64,000 bases of DNA from Gammaproteobacteria bacterium. GTDB taxonomy: Bacteria > Pseudomonadota > Gammaproteobacteria > Magnimaribacterales > D2472. Made by a program: the position numbers and the translations under genes. Shown here piece by piece: positions 11,717 to 22,754 of this stretch. Below the pieces are notes generated by a model, which had not been told where the DNA came from, searched no databases, and saw only the letters and a program-made list of their open reading frames with translations. How positions within the stretch are numbered: the first letter of the stretch is position 1; every line of letters starts with the position of its first letter. The DNA lies in NCBI GenBank assembly GCA_038108875.1, contig JAYNII010000005.1, positions 663 through 64,662 on the forward strand. The letters run 5' to 3'.

Positions 11717-13810
11717 ATGCCAAGAGAAACTCCTTTAAATAAATACAGAAATATAGGTATTTGTGCTCATGTTGATGCTGGCAAGACTACCACTACTGAA
11801 AGAGTTTTATTTTATACAGGCATATCTCATAAAATGGGTGAGGTTCATGATGGAGCGGCAACCATGGACTGGATGGAACAAGAACAAGAAAGAGGTATCA
11901 CTATTACCTCTGCCGCAACCACCTGTTTCTGGAGTGGAATGGAGAAACAATTCCCTCAACATAGAATAAATATTATTGATACTCCTGGCCACGTTGATTT
12001 TACTATCGAAGTTGAACGTTCTTTAAGAGTTCTTGATGGTGCCGTTGTAGTTTTCTGTGGAACCTCTGGTGTTGAGCCTCAATCAGAAACAGTGTGGCGT
12101 CAGGCTAATCGCTACAAAGTTCCAAGAATAGTATTTGTTAATAAGATGGATCGTGCTGGAGCTGATTTTTCTCGTGTAGTAAATCAAATAAAGGATAGAT
12201 TGAGAGCAGAAGTTGTTCCTGTGCAATATAACATTGGCGCAGAAGAGGAGTTTAAAGGAATTGTCGATTTGATAAAGATGCAGGCCATCTATTGGAATGA
12301 ACATGATCAAGGTTTAACTTTTGAATCTAAAGAAATACCAGAAGCGATTCTTGCTACTTGCCAAAAACTTAGAGAGAGAATGGTAGAGTCTGCAGCAGAA
12401 GCAAATGAAGAGTTGATGGATAAATATCTTGAAGAAGGGGATTTATCAGCGGAAGATATCAAAAAGGGTATTCGTATTAGAACTATTTCTAATGAAATTG
12501 TCCCTGCGCTTTGTGGTTCAGCATTCAAAAACAAAGGAGTGCAAGCGGTATTGGATGCAGTCATTGATTTTTTACCAGCTCCTGATGAAGTTGAAGCCAT
12601 CAAAGGAATTGTTCCTGGAAAAGAAGAGCAAACATCCCAAAGATCCTCCTCAGATGCAGAGCCATTTTCTGCTTTAGCTTTTAAAATTGCCACAGACCCT
12701 TATGTTGGAACACTAACTTTTATTCGGGTCTACTCTGGCGTAGTAAAGGTTGGTGACCAAGCCATAAACTCTACTCGTGATAAAAAAGAGAGAATTGGAA
12801 GAATGGTTCAAATGCATGCCAATAATAGAAATGAGATTAAAGAGATCAGGGCTGGCGATATTGCTGCTTGTATTGGTTTAAAAGATATTACAACAGGAGA
12901 TACTTTGTGTGATCCTGCAAACCCAATTATTCTTGAAAAAATGGATTTTCCTGAACCTGTTATATCTGTTGCAGTTGAACCAAAATCAAAGGCTGATCAA
13001 GAAAAGATGTCTATTGCATTGGGTAAGTTAGCTCAAGAAGATCCTTCTTTTAGGGTATCTAGCGATGAAGAATCAGGACAAACAATCATTTCTGGTATGG
13101 GTGAACTTCATCTAGACGTTCTAGTTGATCGTATGAGAAGAGAGTTCTCAGTAGAAGCAAACATTGGTAAACCTCAAGTTGCTTATAGAGAAACAATCAA
13201 AGGAACCGTTGAAGTAGAGGGAAAATTTGTCAGACAGAGTGGTGGAAGAGGTCAGTATGGTCATGTTTGGCTTAAACTTGAGCCGCTTGGCCTAGATGAT
13301 GAGTACGAATTTGTTGATGGAATTGTAGGTGGAGTTATCCCAAAAGAGTACATTCCTGCTGTTAATAAAGGCATCCAAGAGCAGATGCGCAATGGAGTTA
13401 TAGCTGGCTACCCATTACTTGCATTAAAAGCAACTTTATTTGATGGTTCATACCATGATGTTGATTCAAGTGAAATGGCATTTAAAATTGCCGGCTCTAT
13501 GGCTTTGAAAGAAGGCGCCCTCAAAGCCAAACCTGTATTATTAGAACCCGTCATGAAGGTAGAAGTAGTTACTCCTGAAGATTTTATGGGAGATGTGGTA
13601 GGAGATTTAAATAGAAGAAGAGGCATTATCCAGGGTATGGACGAAATCCCATCAGGTAAAGTTGTGCGAGCAGAAGTGCCTCTTGCTGAGATGTTTGGTT
13701 ATGCAACCGATGTTCGCTCACAAACTCAAGGTAGAGCAAGTTTTTCTATGGAATTTACCAAATACGCAGAAGTCCCTAATAATATAGCCCAAGAGCTTAA
13801 AACTTCTTAG
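11717..13810 (+). CDS. fusA: Translation elongation factor G
   Basis: 697 aa with G-domain motifs [14 protein letters not shown] and NKMD. Follows rpsG. Confidence 0.99.
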   Translation: MPRETPLNKYRNIGICAHVDAGKTTTTERVLFYTGISHKMGEVHDGAATMDWMEQEQERGITITSAATTCFWSGMEKQFPQHRINIIDTPGHVDFTIEVERSLRVLDGAVVVFCGTSGVEPQSETVWRQANRYKVPRIVFVNKMDRAGADFSRVVNQIKDRLRAEVVPVQYNIGAEEEFKGIVDLIKMQAIYWNEHDQGLTFESKEIPEAILATCQKLRERMVESAAEANEELMDKYLEEGDLSAEDIKKGIRIRTISNEIVPALCGSAFKNKGVQAVLDAVIDFLPAPDEVEAIKGIVPGKEEQTSQRSSSDAEPFSALAFKIATDPYVGTLTFIRVYSGVVKVGDQAINSTRDKKERIGRMVQMHANNRNEIKEIRAGDIAACIGLKDITTGDTLCDPANPIILEKMDFPEPVISVAVEPKSKADQEKMSIALGKLAQEDPSFRVSSDEESGQTIISGMGELHLDVLVDRMRREFSVEANIGKPQVAYRETIKGTVEVEGKFVRQSGGRGQYGHVWLKLEPLGLDDEYEFVDGIVGGVIPKEYIPAVNKGIQEQMRNGVIAGYPLLALKATLFDGSYHDVDSSEMAFKIAGSMALKEGALKAKPVLLEPVMKVEVVTPEDFMGDVVGDLNRRRGIIQGMDEIPSGKVVRAEVPLAEMFGYATDVRSQTQGRASFSMEFTKYAEVPNNIAQELKTS

Positions 13811-13827
13811 ATTTAACCCTTTTTTTA

Positions 13828-13857
13828 TTGACATAAACCGTTCTAGAAGAATAGAAT
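13828..13857 (+). promoter_or_regulatory. Candidate sigma70 promoter of the S10 operon
   Basis: TTGACA (13828-13833), 18-nt spacer, TAGAAT (13852-13857). Lies about 39 nt upstream of the rpsJ ATG. Confidence 0.5.
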
Positions 13858-13895
13858 ACGCAACCTTTTAATTATAGTAGTAAACAAGAAGAGAT

Positions 13896-14207
13896 ATGGC
13901 AAACCAGGCAATTAGAATTAGGCTTAAAGCTTTTGATTATCGCCTGATTGATTCATCCACAAAAATGATTGTTGAAACCGCAAAAAAAACGGGCGCAGTT
14001 ATCAAGGGACCGATTCCACTTCCTGTTAAAAATGAAAAAACTACAATATTGATTTCTCCGCACAAAGATAAGGATGCAAGAGATCAATATGAGATTAGGA
14101 CATATAAGAGGTTATTGGACATTCTTAAACCTACCGACAAAACGGTTGATGCTTTAATGAAGCTTGATCTTGCATCAGGTGTAGATGTCCAAATAAGTTT
14201 AAGTTAA
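13896..14207 (+). CDS. rpsJ: 30S ribosomal protein S10
   Basis: 103 aa. IRIRLKAFD...PIPLP sequence. First gene of the S10 cluster. Confidence 0.98.
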   Translation: MANQAIRIRLKAFDYRLIDSSTKMIVETAKKTGAVIKGPIPLPVKNEKTTILISPHKDKDARDQYEIRTYKRLLDILKPTDKTVDALMKLDLASGVDVQISLS

Positions 14208-14256
14208 TAACGCTTTAAGCGGCCATAGAGGGTTTGAGCCCCGTAAGGAGAATAAA

Positions 14257-14892
14257 TTGAGCATAGGCTTAATAGGTAAAAAAGCTGGCATGACCAGAAT
14301 ATTCCAAGAAGACGGAACATCAGTGCCAGTCTCTGTTATCTCTGTCGCAGGAAATTTCGTTGCTTCTCATAAGACGGTTAAGAATGATGGCTATTCATCC
14401 GTCATCATTTCAAAGAATTTTTTCAAAAAAACCTCAATTTCAAAATCACAAAATGAATTCTTTAAGAAGATAAATTTAGATCCAGGTCATTTGGAAGAGT
14501 TTAGAACAGAAAACCTTGATCAATTTCCTCAAGGTCAACATCTAGATGTTAGTCTATTTGAAAATATTACTCACGTTGACGTAACCGGAACCTCCAAGGG
14601 TAAAGGCTATGCTGGCGTAATTAAAAGACATAACTTCAGAATGCAGGATGCCACTCATGGGAACTCTTTATCTCATAGGGCTCATGGATCGACTGGCCAA
14701 TGTCAAACACCTGGCAGAGTGTGGAAAGGAAAAAAAATGTCAGGTCAAATGGGAAATGTAAGAAAAACTGTTCAAAGTTTAGAGCTTATTAAAACTGATA
14801 TTGAAAACAATTTACTTTTTGTCAAAGGCGCAGTCCCAGGTTCTACCGGATCTATCGTAAAAGTAATACCAGCAGTTAAGAAGGTGCAATAA
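14257..14892 (+). CDS. rplC: 50S ribosomal protein L3
   Basis: 211 aa with TTG start after TAAGGAG. GLIGKKAGMTRIF and GQCQTPGRVWKGKKMSGQMG motifs. Confidence 0.97.
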   Translation: MSIGLIGKKAGMTRIFQEDGTSVPVSVISVAGNFVASHKTVKNDGYSSVIISKNFFKKTSISKSQNEFFKKINLDPGHLEEFRTENLDQFPQGQHLDVSLFENITHVDVTGTSKGKGYAGVIKRHNFRMQDATHGNSLSHRAHGSTGQCQTPGRVWKGKKMSGQMGNVRKTVQSLELIKTDIENNLLFVKGAVPGSTGSIVKVIPAVKKVQ

Positions 14893-15506
14893 TGCAACTA
14901 GTTGTACTTTCTCAAGATAGCGCAAAGCAAAATATTCAAATATCAGATGAAATATTCTCAAATGAGTTTAATTCTGACCTAGTTCACCAAGTTGTCACTT
15001 CTTATTTATCAGGAGCTAGGCAAGGAAGCCATAGTCAAAAAAATAGATCTGATGTAAGAGGTGGTGGTAAAAAGCCATTCAGACAAAAAGGAACAGGAAG
15101 AGCTAGAGCAGGAACAATTAGAAGTCCTTTATGGAGAGGTGGTGGTGTTGCTTTTGCATCTTCTCCTAGAGATTACTCAAAAAAAGTAAACAAAAAAATG
15201 TATAGAGCGGCTATAAGATCAATCTTATCTGAGCTTCTAAGACAAGAAAGACTTTTAGCAATTTCTACTCCTAAGTTTATAGAACCTAAAACAAAGCTAA
15301 TGGCAAGTTATCTAAAGGATCTTCAATTAGAAAATGCATTAATTATAGTTGATGAATTAGACACCAATCTCTATCTTTCAGCACGAAATATACCTAACTT
15401 AGATGTAGTGACTGTCAAAGAAATTAACCCAGTAATACTCTTAAGATCTGAGAAAGTTGCTGTAACACCAGAAGCTTTTATATTAATCGAGGAGTGGATG
15501 AAATGA
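14892..15506 (+). CDS. rplD: 50S ribosomal protein L4
   Basis: 204 aa with GGGKKPFRQKGTGRARAGTIRSPLWRGGG motif. TAATG overlap with rplC. Confidence 0.98.
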   Translation: MQLVVLSQDSAKQNIQISDEIFSNEFNSDLVHQVVTSYLSGARQGSHSQKNRSDVRGGGKKPFRQKGTGRARAGTIRSPLWRGGGVAFASSPRDYSKKVNKKMYRAAIRSILSELLRQERLLAISTPKFIEPKTKLMASYLKDLQLENALIIVDELDTNLYLSARNIPNLDVVTVKEINPVILLRSEKVAVTPEAFILIEEWMK

Positions 15507-15799
15507 ATCGCGAAAGACTCCTTAGCATCATTAAAGCACCCCTAGTCACAGAAAAAAGTAGCATGCTAGCTTCTAAACTAAATCAGGTTGTATTTAAGGT
15601 TAGCTTGGATGCAAATAAAACTGAAATCAAGAAAGCAGTCGAATCATTATTTGATGTAAAAGTTGCAGCTGTAACAACAGCTATTTCTAAGGGAAAGACA
15701 AAACGCAATAAGTTCGGTAAGTACAAGAGATCTGACTATAAAAAAGCAATAGTTGCTTTGGAAGAAGGATCTAAAATCCAGTTTGAGGGCATTAACTGA
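15503..15799 (+). CDS. rplW: 50S ribosomal protein L23
   Basis: ATG at 15503 (ATGA overlap with the rplD stop, GGAG 8 nt upstream) gives [13 protein letters not shown], which aligns with the E. coli L23 N-terminus. The ORF-track GTG at 15494 is probably an over-extension. Confidence 0.93.
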   Translation: MNRERLLSIIKAPLVTEKSSMLASKLNQVVFKVSLDANKTEIKKAVESLFDVKVAAVTTAISKGKTKRNKFGKYKRSDYKKAIVALEEGSKIQFEGIN

Positions 15800-16623
15800 T
15801 GGCAGTCATAAAAGCAAAACCCACTAGTCCTGGAAGAAGGTTTGTTACCTCGATCAAGTCTGACCTTCATAAAGGAAAACCTCTAAAAGCCTTAATAGAA
15901 AAGAAATCTAAAACTGGGGGTAGAAATAATCATGGTCGAATTACAGTTCGACATCAAGGTGGCGGCCATAAACAATTTTATAGGATCATTGATTTTAAAA
16001 GAAATAAACTTGATGTTCACGGAACTGTAGAAAGGCTTGAGTATGATCCAAATAGAACTGCTCATATTGCTTTAATTAAATACGCTGATGGAGAAAGGAG
16101 ATACATACTAGCTCCTTCAAAAATAAAAGTTGGTGACAGCATATTGTCCGCAGAAAAAACAGAGATTAATCCAGGTAATGCTATGCGGCTTGAGTTTATT
16201 CCGCTTGGTACAAATGTTCACTGTGTTGAGATGAAACCTGGAAAAGGTGCTCAGCTTGCTAGAAGCGCAGGCACTTCTGCAAGAGTAGTTGCTAAGGAAG
16301 GAATTTATACAACTCTAAGACTTCAATCTGGAGAAATGAGAAAGATCCTTTCTGCATGTATGGCAACAATTGGCGTAGTTTCTAATCCAGAAAATAATCT
16401 TAGATCTCTAGGAAAAGCTGGCGCAAAGCGATGGAGAGGAGTTCGTCCAACAGTTAGAGGAGTTGCAATGAACCCAATTGACCATCCTCATGGAGGTGGT
16501 GAAGGCAAAACATCAGGAGGAAGACATCCTGTTTCTCCTTGGGGAACGCCAACAAAAGGATATAAAACTAGAAAAAGCACCAGATCAAACAATTTAATTG
16601 TTAGAAGAAGAGGTAAGAAATAA
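15799..16623 (+). CDS. rplB: 50S ribosomal protein L2
   Basis: 274 aa with [17 protein letters not shown] and [13 protein letters not shown] motifs. Confidence 0.99.
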   Translation: MAVIKAKPTSPGRRFVTSIKSDLHKGKPLKALIEKKSKTGGRNNHGRITVRHQGGGHKQFYRIIDFKRNKLDVHGTVERLEYDPNRTAHIALIKYADGERRYILAPSKIKVGDSILSAEKTEINPGNAMRLEFIPLGTNVHCVEMKPGKGAQLARSAGTSARVVAKEGIYTTLRLQSGEMRKILSACMATIGVVSNPENNLRSLGKAGAKRWRGVRPTVRGVAMNPIDHPHGGGEGKTSGGRHPVSPWGTPTKGYKTRKSTRSNNLIVRRRGKK

Positions 16624-16895
16624 TGCCAAGATCCTTAAAGAAAGGTCCATTTGTTGATCTATCACTTCAAAAGAAAGTAGATCAGGCAATATCTGAGAAT
16701 AGTAAGAAACCTATCAAGACATGGTCTAGAAGATCAATGATAACTCCAGTTATGGTTGGTTTAACTATTGCAGTTCACAATGGAAGACAGCATGTTCCTG
16801 TTTTTGTTAATGAAGATATGGTTGGCCATAAATTAGGAGAATTTGCATTAACTAGGACTTTCAAAATGCATTCTGGGGATAGGAAAGCAAAATGA
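16623..16895 (+). CDS. rpsS: 30S ribosomal protein S19
   Basis: 90 aa with [10 protein letters not shown] and HNGRQHVPV motifs. Confidence 0.99.
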   Translation: MPRSLKKGPFVDLSLQKKVDQAISENSKKPIKTWSRRSMITPVMVGLTIAVHNGRQHVPVFVNEDMVGHKLGEFALTRTFKMHSGDRKAK

Positions 16896-17233
16896 TAAAC
16901 ACTAGAGCATATCTTAAGTCTATAAGGCTTTCCCCCATTAAAGCAGGATTGGTTGCAAATGCTGTAAGAGGCAAACATGTTCAAGAAGCTCTTGATTTTC
17001 TTACTTTTAGCAAGAAAAAGGCTTCTGCGGTTGTTAAAAAACTACTTGAGTCAGCAATTGCCAATGCTGAGCATAATGACAAAGCAAACATAGATTCTCT
17101 GTTTGTAAAGTCTATTATCGTTAATCAAGGAATGCGCTTAAAAAGAATGAAACCTAGAGCGAGAGGAAGAGCAGACAGAATTATAAAGCCAACATGTCAT
17201 ATTGAAATTATGTTAGAAGGCAAGGAGCAGTAA
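16892..17233 (+). CDS. rplV: 50S ribosomal protein L22
   Basis: 113 aa. Position and sequence ([16 protein letters not shown]) match L22. ATGA overlap with rpsS. Confidence 0.97.
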   Translation: MINTRAYLKSIRLSPIKAGLVANAVRGKHVQEALDFLTFSKKKASAVVKKLLESAIANAEHNDKANIDSLFVKSIIVNQGMRLKRMKPRARGRADRIIKPTCHIEIMLEGKEQ

Positions 17234-17236
17234 ATC

Positions 17237-17887
17237 ATGGGTCAAAAAGTTAGCCCAACAGGAATGAGACTTGGTGTTATAAGAAAGCATAACGCTAACT
17301 GGTATGCTCAAGGAAAAGCATATAAAGATAATGTTGTTCATGATCTCCAAGTTAGAGAATTTCTAAAGACAAAATTAAGATTTTCATCTGTAGGTAATAT
17401 TGATTTAGAAAGATCTACTAAAGGCTATATTGTTAGCATTTTCACCTCTAGACCTGGAGTGATTATCGGTAAAAAGGGAGAAGAAATTGAACAAATTAAA
17501 CAAGCAATTCAAAAAATTGTTGGTCAACCTACTCAAGTAAATATCAAAGAAATTAAAAAACCTGATCTTGATGCAACAATCCTGGCAGAAGGTATTGCTC
17601 AACAATTAGAAAGAAGAGTCCAATTTAGAAGAGCTATGAAAAGAGCTGTTCAGAGTGCGCTTAGGCAAGGTGCAAAGGGTGTAAGAACTGAAGTCTCCGG
17701 TAGACTAGGTGGTGCTGAAATTGCGAGAACTGAGTGGTATAGAGAAGGAAGAGTTCCTCTACATACCTTTAGAGCTGATATAGATTATGGAACAGCAGAA
17801 GCTCTCACCACATATGGAATTATTGGGGTCAAAGTATGGGTCTTTAAAGGAGAAATTCTTGAAGATCCATTTAAAACTGAGGATTAA
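17237..17887 (+). CDS. rpsC: 30S ribosomal protein S3
   Basis: 216 aa with [14 protein letters not shown]-terminus and KH-domain sequence. Confidence 0.99.
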   Translation: MGQKVSPTGMRLGVIRKHNANWYAQGKAYKDNVVHDLQVREFLKTKLRFSSVGNIDLERSTKGYIVSIFTSRPGVIIGKKGEEIEQIKQAIQKIVGQPTQVNIKEIKKPDLDATILAEGIAQQLERRVQFRRAMKRAVQSALRQGAKGVRTEVSGRLGGAEIARTEWYREGRVPLHTFRADIDYGTAEALTTYGIIGVKVWVFKGEILEDPFKTED

Positions 17888-17898
17888 GTTTAATTATT

Positions 17899-18309
17899 AT
17901 GTTGCAACCCAGACAAACAAAATTTAGAAAAATGCATAAGGGCAGAAACCGTGGTTTAGCCCAGAATGGCAATCAAGTATCTTTTGGTGAATTTGGTATG
18001 AAGGCCTCAACAAGAGGAAGAATCACAGCAAGACAAATTGAATCCGCTAGACGTGCTATGACAAGGTATATAAAAAGAGGCGGAAAAATTTGGATTAGAT
18101 TATTTCCCGATAAACCAATTTCAAAAAAACCTTTAGAGGTAAGAATGGGTAAAGGAAAGGGTAATGTTGAATATTGGGTAAGCTTAGTTCAACCAGGAAA
18201 AATGCTTTATGAGATGTCCGGCGTTACCGAAGAAATTGCTAGAGAAGCATTTAGATTGGCAGCTGCAAAGTTACCAGTTAAAACAACTTTTGTTAAAAAG
18301 GCAGTCTGA
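17899..18309 (+). CDS. rplP: 50S ribosomal protein L16
   Basis: 136 aa with [17 protein letters not shown]-terminus. Confidence 0.99.
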   Translation: MLQPRQTKFRKMHKGRNRGLAQNGNQVSFGEFGMKASTRGRITARQIESARRAMTRYIKRGGKIWIRLFPDKPISKKPLEVRMGKGKGNVEYWVSLVQPGKMLYEMSGVTEEIAREAFRLAAAKLPVKTTFVKKAV

Positions 18310-18311
18310 TT

Positions 18312-18518
18312 ATGGCAAAGAAAAGTGAAAGTTTTTTTAAATCTCTAGAGGGTAAGTCTTCAAAAGAATTAGAACAAATGATTTTGGAAAATAGAGAAGA
18401 GCAATTCCAAAATAATATGAAGCATAAGACCGGGCAATTAGAAAAATCCCATGTGCTTCGTGAAACAAAAAAGAAAATTGCTCAAATTAAAACTGCATTA
18501 GCAGGATTAAAAGGCTGA
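18312..18518 (+). CDS. rpmC: 50S ribosomal protein L29
   Basis: 68 aa. Position between rplP and rpsQ. Helical, Lys/Glu-rich L29-like sequence. Confidence 0.93.
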   Translation: MAKKSESFFKSLEGKSSKELEQMILENREEQFQNNMKHKTGQLEKSHVLRETKKKIAQIKTALAGLKG

Positions 18519-18522
18519 AAAT

Positions 18523-18807
18523 ATGAAATCAAACGCAAGAGTTTTATCTGGAGTAGTAGTTAGCGACAAAGCTGATAAAACGATTACAGTCAAAATAGAG
18601 AGAACGGTTAAACATCCAAAGTATGGAAAAGTGATCAAACGCTCAACCAAGGTGCATGCTCATGATGAGAACAATAGCGCTAAGGTTGGTGATTTTGTGA
18701 GTATTCAAGAATGTAGACCCATCTCAAAATTAAAATCTTTTGTATTAATCAATCCAGAAAATATTTCAATAGGATCTGATACTGAGCTTGCTGGAGAAGA
18801 ATCATGA
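18523..18807 (+). CDS. rpsQ: 30S ribosomal protein S17
   Basis: 94 aa with [18 protein letters not shown] and HDENN motifs. About 10 aa of acidic C-terminal extra sequence. ATGA overlap with rplN. Confidence 0.97.
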   Translation: MKSNARVLSGVVVSDKADKTITVKIERTVKHPKYGKVIKRSTKVHAHDENNSAKVGDFVSIQECRPISKLKSFVLINPENISIGSDTELAGEES

Positions 18808-19172
18808 TTCAAATGCAATCAATTCTAAATATTGCAGATAATAGTGGCGCAAGATCTGTTATGTGCATAAAAGTATTAGGCGGGTCAAAGAGAAGATATG
18901 CAAATATAGGGGACATCATTAAAGTTGCCGTAAAAGAAGCTATTCCTCAAGGTAAGGTTAAAAAAGGGCAGGTGCTTAATGCCTTAATCGTTCGCTCAAA
19001 AAAAGGAGTCAGAAGACGAGATGGCTCATTAATCAAGTTTGATGAGAACGCAGCGGTTTTATTGAATGCTTCCAAGGCTCCAATAGGAACAAGGATTTTT
19101 GGTCCAGTAACTCGTGAATTAAGAACCGGTAGTCATATGAAGATATTGTCATTAGCCCCAGAGGTGCTCTAA
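18804..19172 (+). CDS. rplN: 50S ribosomal protein L14
   Basis: 122 aa with [18 protein letters not shown]-terminus. Confidence 0.99.
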   Translation: MIQMQSILNIADNSGARSVMCIKVLGGSKRRYANIGDIIKVAVKEAIPQGKVKKGQVLNALIVRSKKGVRRRDGSLIKFDENAAVLLNASKAPIGTRIFGPVTRELRTGSHMKILSLAPEVL

Positions 19173-19174
19173 TT

Positions 19175-19501
19175 ATGTCAACTTTGCATACTAAAACTAA
19201 ACTAAAAACCGGTGATGAAGTAGTTGTAATTGCTGGTAGGGATGTTGGTAAAAGAGGGACTATTCAAAAGATTTTAAAGAATAATCGAGCTCTTGTTACA
19301 GGTGTAAATATTGTTAAGAAACATACCAAACCTAATCCTCAGGCTGGTATTACTGGAGGGATAGTTGAGCAAGAATCTTCCATCGATTTATCTAATATTG
19401 CCATTTGGAATCCTAACAAGAAAAAATCGGATAGAGTGGGATTTTCACTAAATGGTAAAGAAAAGATAAGAATATTTAAATCAGACAAAGTAAAAATTTA
19501 A
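19175..19501 (+). CDS. rplX: 50S ribosomal protein L24
   Basis: 108 aa with KOW motif [16 protein letters not shown]. Confidence 0.97.
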   Translation: MSTLHTKTKLKTGDEVVVIAGRDVGKRGTIQKILKNNRALVTGVNIVKKHTKPNPQAGITGGIVEQESSIDLSNIAIWNPNKKKSDRVGFSLNGKEKIRIFKSDKVKI

Positions 19502-19502
19502 T

Positions 19503-20039
19503 ATGAACCTAAGACAAAGATTTAAAAAAGAAATGGTCCCTGTAATCCAAGAAAGGCTTGGCTTATCAAACGTCAATGCTGTACCTAAGGTAACCAAGGT
19601 CGTTATTAATATGGGAGTTGGAGAGGCTGTTAACGACAAGAAGCATTTAGAGTCAGCAGTCAAAGACTTAGCTGCAATTACTGGTCAAAAACCAGTAGTT
19701 ACTAAAGCAAGGAAATCCGTTGCTAGTTTCAAGATTAGAGACGGATGGCCAATCGGATGTAAAGTGACTCTGAGAGGCGACAGGATGTATGACTTTATAG
19801 AAAGATTAGTAACCATTGCTATTCCAAGAGAGAGAGATTTTAGAGGATTAAACCCTAAATCATTTGATGAACAGGGTAATTACAGCATGGGTATCAAAGA
19901 ACAGATTATTTTCCCTGAAATTAATTACGACAACATCGACAAGATGAGGGGTATGGATATCTGCATCAATACCTCAGCAAATAATAAAAAGGATGCAAAG
20001 GTCTTACTCGAAGTCCTTGAATTTCCATTTAAGAGTTAA
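19503..20039 (+). CDS. rplE: 50S ribosomal protein L5
   Basis: 178 aa. Position and sequence ([18 protein letters not shown]) match L5. Confidence 0.98.
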   Translation: MNLRQRFKKEMVPVIQERLGLSNVNAVPKVTKVVINMGVGEAVNDKKHLESAVKDLAAITGQKPVVTKARKSVASFKIRDGWPIGCKVTLRGDRMYDFIERLVTIAIPRERDFRGLNPKSFDEQGNYSMGIKEQIIFPEINYDNIDKMRGMDICINTSANNKKDAKVLLEVLEFPFKS

Positions 20040-20042
20040 GTT

Positions 20043-20348
20043 ATGACAAGAAAATCTATTATCGCAAGAGAGAATAAAAGAGCTAAAACGGTAGCTAAAT
20101 TTGCTGCCAAAAGAGCTGAGCTTAAAAATAGGTACCTAGATCCTAGTTTAAGTTATGAGGAACGTATGGCTGCTTTTACAGAAATTCAAAAACTGCCTAG
20201 AAATGCTAGCCCAGCTAGACAAACTAGAAGATGTTCCATGACTGGAAGACCTCATGCAGTTTATAGAAAATTTGGTATTAGTAGAATAAAACTCCGGGAA
20301 TCTGCGATGCGTGGAGAAATTCCTGGTTTAGTCAAATCTAGTTGGTAA
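20043..20348 (+). CDS. rpsN: 30S ribosomal protein S14
   Basis: 101 aa with C-terminal [21 protein letters not shown]. Confidence 0.98.
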   Translation: MTRKSIIARENKRAKTVAKFAAKRAELKNRYLDPSLSYEERMAAFTEIQKLPRNASPARQTRRCSMTGRPHAVYRKFGISRIKLRESAMRGEIPGLVKSSW

Positions 20349-20354
20349 GAAATT

Positions 20355-20750
20355 ATGAGTTATCAAGATCCCATTTCAGACTGTTTAACAAGAATTAGGA
20401 ACGGTCTCTCTCGAGGCAAAAAATCCATTAATTCTCCTTTCTCGAAGCTTCGATTTGAGCTTGTTACCTTATTGGTTAATGAAGGATATTTGAAATCTGT
20501 TGAACGTAAAAGTGAGCTAGGTAAGAATTTCATTCAAATTACATTAAAGTATAACAATTCAACTCCTGCTATTCGTGAACTTAAAAGGGTTAGTAAACCA
20601 AGTCTAAGGCGATATTCAGGTGCGAATGCTTTGCAAGCAGTTAAAAATGGTTTAGGTGTTTATGTCTTATCTACTAGCCAAGGTTTGATGACTGATAAAC
20701 AAGCAAAATCAAAAAATATTGGCGGCGAAATTCTCTGCGAGGTTTTTTAA
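20355..20750 (+). CDS. rpsH: 30S ribosomal protein S8
   Basis: 131 aa with DPISDCLTRIRNG N-terminal motif. Confidence 0.98.
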   Translation: MSYQDPISDCLTRIRNGLSRGKKSINSPFSKLRFELVTLLVNEGYLKSVERKSELGKNFIQITLKYNNSTPAIRELKRVSKPSLRRYSGANALQAVKNGLGVYVLSTSQGLMTDKQAKSKNIGGEILCEVF

Positions 20751-20753
20751 TTC

Positions 20754-21296
20754 ATGTCTAGAGTAGCTAAAAATCCAATCAACATACCTCAGGGCGTAAC
20801 TGTTTCTTTTCAAGACCGTTTAATAAAGGTTGATGGTTCTAAGGGCAAACTTGAATTTTTAATTCCTAACACAGTTAGCGTTAATCAAGTTGAACAAGAT
20901 CTTACAATCTCCTATGACGAAAATTCTAAAGAATCAAATGCACTTGCAGGAACGACAAGAGCACTGATTAATAACATGCTGATAGGAGTATCCCAGGGAT
21001 TTGAAAAAAAATTAGAATTAAGGGGCGTTGGCTACAGAGCCAAAGCTTCTGGAAAATCAGTTGAGCTTACTTTAGGATTCTCACATCCAGTTATTTATAA
21101 CCTTCCTAATGAAGTTGAAGTTGAAATACCAACTCAAACAGAAATTATACTTAGAAGCTTTAATAAACAAATTTTAGGTCAAGTAGCTGCAGAGATAAGA
21201 AATTATAGACGACCTGAGCCATACAAAGGAAAAGGTGTGAGGTACGCAACTGAGTTCGTCAAGAGAAAAGAAGCTAAGAAGTCTGGAGGGAAATAA
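20754..21296 (+). CDS. rplF: 50S ribosomal protein L6
   Basis: 180 aa with MSRVAKNPI N-terminus and PEPYKGKGVRY motif. Confidence 0.98.
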   Translation: MSRVAKNPINIPQGVTVSFQDRLIKVDGSKGKLEFLIPNTVSVNQVEQDLTISYDENSKESNALAGTTRALINNMLIGVSQGFEKKLELRGVGYRAKASGKSVELTLGFSHPVIYNLPNEVEVEIPTQTEIILRSFNKQILGQVAAEIRNYRRPEPYKGKGVRYATEFVKRKEAKKSGGK

Positions 21297-21297
21297 A

Positions 21298-21642
21298 TTG
21301 AATATAAGTGATTCAAGAATAAGAAGAGCAGCTAAAACTAGAAAGAAAATAGCAGAACAATCCAAACCAAGGCTAACGCTTTTTAAATCCTCAAAAAATA
21401 TTTATGCACAACTTTTTGATGCAAGAGGCACTCAAGTTATTGCTTCTGCTTCAACAAATGAAAAAGAGATAAAGTCAGACCACAGTAATATTGAGTCAGC
21501 AAAAGAAGTTGGAAAACGGCTAGCTGAAAGAGCGATATCAGCTGGAGTTACTTCTGTTGTATTTGACAGATCAGGATACAGATATCACGGTAAGGTTAAA
21601 GCCCTTGCTGAATCTGCAAGAGAAGCAGGATTGGAGTTTTAA
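21298..21642 (+). CDS. rplR: 50S ribosomal protein L18
   Basis: 114 aa with TTG start after GGAGG. ARIRRAxxxR and NIYAQL motifs align with E. coli L18. Confidence 0.96.
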   Translation: MNISDSRIRRAAKTRKKIAEQSKPRLTLFKSSKNIYAQLFDARGTQVIASASTNEKEIKSDHSNIESAKEVGKRLAERAISAGVTSVVFDRSGYRYHGKVKALAESAREAGLEF

Positions 21643-22140
21643 ATGAGTGAAGCAGTCAACTTACAGCAAGACGTTCTAGTAGAAAAGCTAGTTCAGGTAA
21701 ATCGAGTTGCCAAGGTAGTTAAAGGTGGAAGAATTTTTGGATTTACTGCTCTAACTGTAGTTGGTGATGGAAAAGGAAGAGTAGGATTTGGTCGCGGTAA
21801 GGCAAAAGAGGTGCCAATTGCGATTCAAAAAGCTATGGAAAATGCTCGCAGAAACATGATTGATGTAAGCTTAAATGGAAATACTATTTGGTATCCAGTA
21901 ACTGCAAAACATGGTTCAGCGAATGTTTATATGCAGCCTGCTGCGGAGGGAACAGGTATTATTGCCGGTGGAGCAATGAGGGCAGTTTTGGAACTGGTTG
22001 GTGTCCAAAATGTTCTAGCTAAATGTTATGGATCTACTAATCCCGTGAATGTTGTTAGAGCTACCGTAAACGCATTAAAGTCAATCGAATCACCTATGGA
22101 TGTTGCTAACAGACGTGGTAAGAAGTTACAGGAAATCTAA
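21643..22140 (+). CDS. rpsE: 30S ribosomal protein S5
   Basis: 165 aa with [32 protein letters not shown] motif. Confidence 0.99.
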   Translation: MSEAVNLQQDVLVEKLVQVNRVAKVVKGGRIFGFTALTVVGDGKGRVGFGRGKAKEVPIAIQKAMENARRNMIDVSLNGNTIWYPVTAKHGSANVYMQPAAEGTGIIAGGAMRAVLELVGVQNVLAKCYGSTNPVNVVRATVNALKSIESPMDVANRRGKKLQEI

Positions 22141-22325
22141 TGTCAGATAAAGTATTAAAAATTAAGCTTATCAAGAGCCCCATTGGAAGAATAGAGAGGC
22201 ACAAGCTTTGTGTTAAGGGCTTAGGTTTTAGGAAACTTCATCAAATAGTGATCTTAAAAGATACACCATCTATTAGGGGCTTGGTGAACAAAATTAGAGA
22301 CATGGTAGAAATTGTAGAAGGATAA
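22140..22325 (+). CDS. rpmD: 50S ribosomal protein L30
   Basis: 61 aa. Position and sequence (KIKLIKSPIGR) match L30. TAATG overlap with rpsE. Confidence 0.95.
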   Translation: MSDKVLKIKLIKSPIGRIERHKLCVKGLGFRKLHQIVILKDTPSIRGLVNKIRDMVEIVEG

Positions 22326-22326
22326 A

Positions 22327-22752
22327 ATGGTTAGTCTGAATAATTTAACTAGTAAAGGTACTTCAAAAAATAGAAAGCGTGTAGGCAGAGGTATTGGCTC
22401 TGGTCTAGGAAAAACTGCAGGACGAGGTCACAAGGGTCAGAAATCAAGATCCGGTGGCAGCGTTTCTAGAGGATTTGAAGGTGGGCAAATGCCACTCCAA
22501 CAAAGACTTCCAAAATTTGGATTTTCTTCAAGAGTTAATAATTCCCTAAAACAATTAAATCTAAGAGATGTTGCTCATTTAAATACCGTAAATTTAGATA
22601 CTCTAAAGGAGTATAAAGTTATCGGAAAGTCTGTAGAAAAAGTAAAAATCTTTGGGGAATTTGAAGTCTCTAAAGCAATAAGTGTAGAGGGTATTAAAGT
22701 TTCAAAAGGAGCAAAGGCTTCAATTGAAAAGGCTGGAGGCAAAGTTAACTAA
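22327..22752 (+). CDS. rplO: 50S ribosomal protein L15
   Basis: 141 aa with [28 protein letters not shown] motif. Confidence 0.98.
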   Translation: MVSLNNLTSKGTSKNRKRVGRGIGSGLGKTAGRGHKGQKSRSGGSVSRGFEGGQMPLQQRLPKFGFSSRVNNSLKQLNLRDVAHLNTVNLDTLKEYKVIGKSVEKVKIFGEFEVSKAISVEGIKVSKGAKASIEKAGGKVN

Positions 22753-22754
22753 AA

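Noticed and set aside
12307-12693. 128-aa ORF antisense to fusA
   Set aside because: It is embedded in the conserved EF-G coding sequence, has a low-complexity Ser/Ala-rich translation, and has no independent signals.
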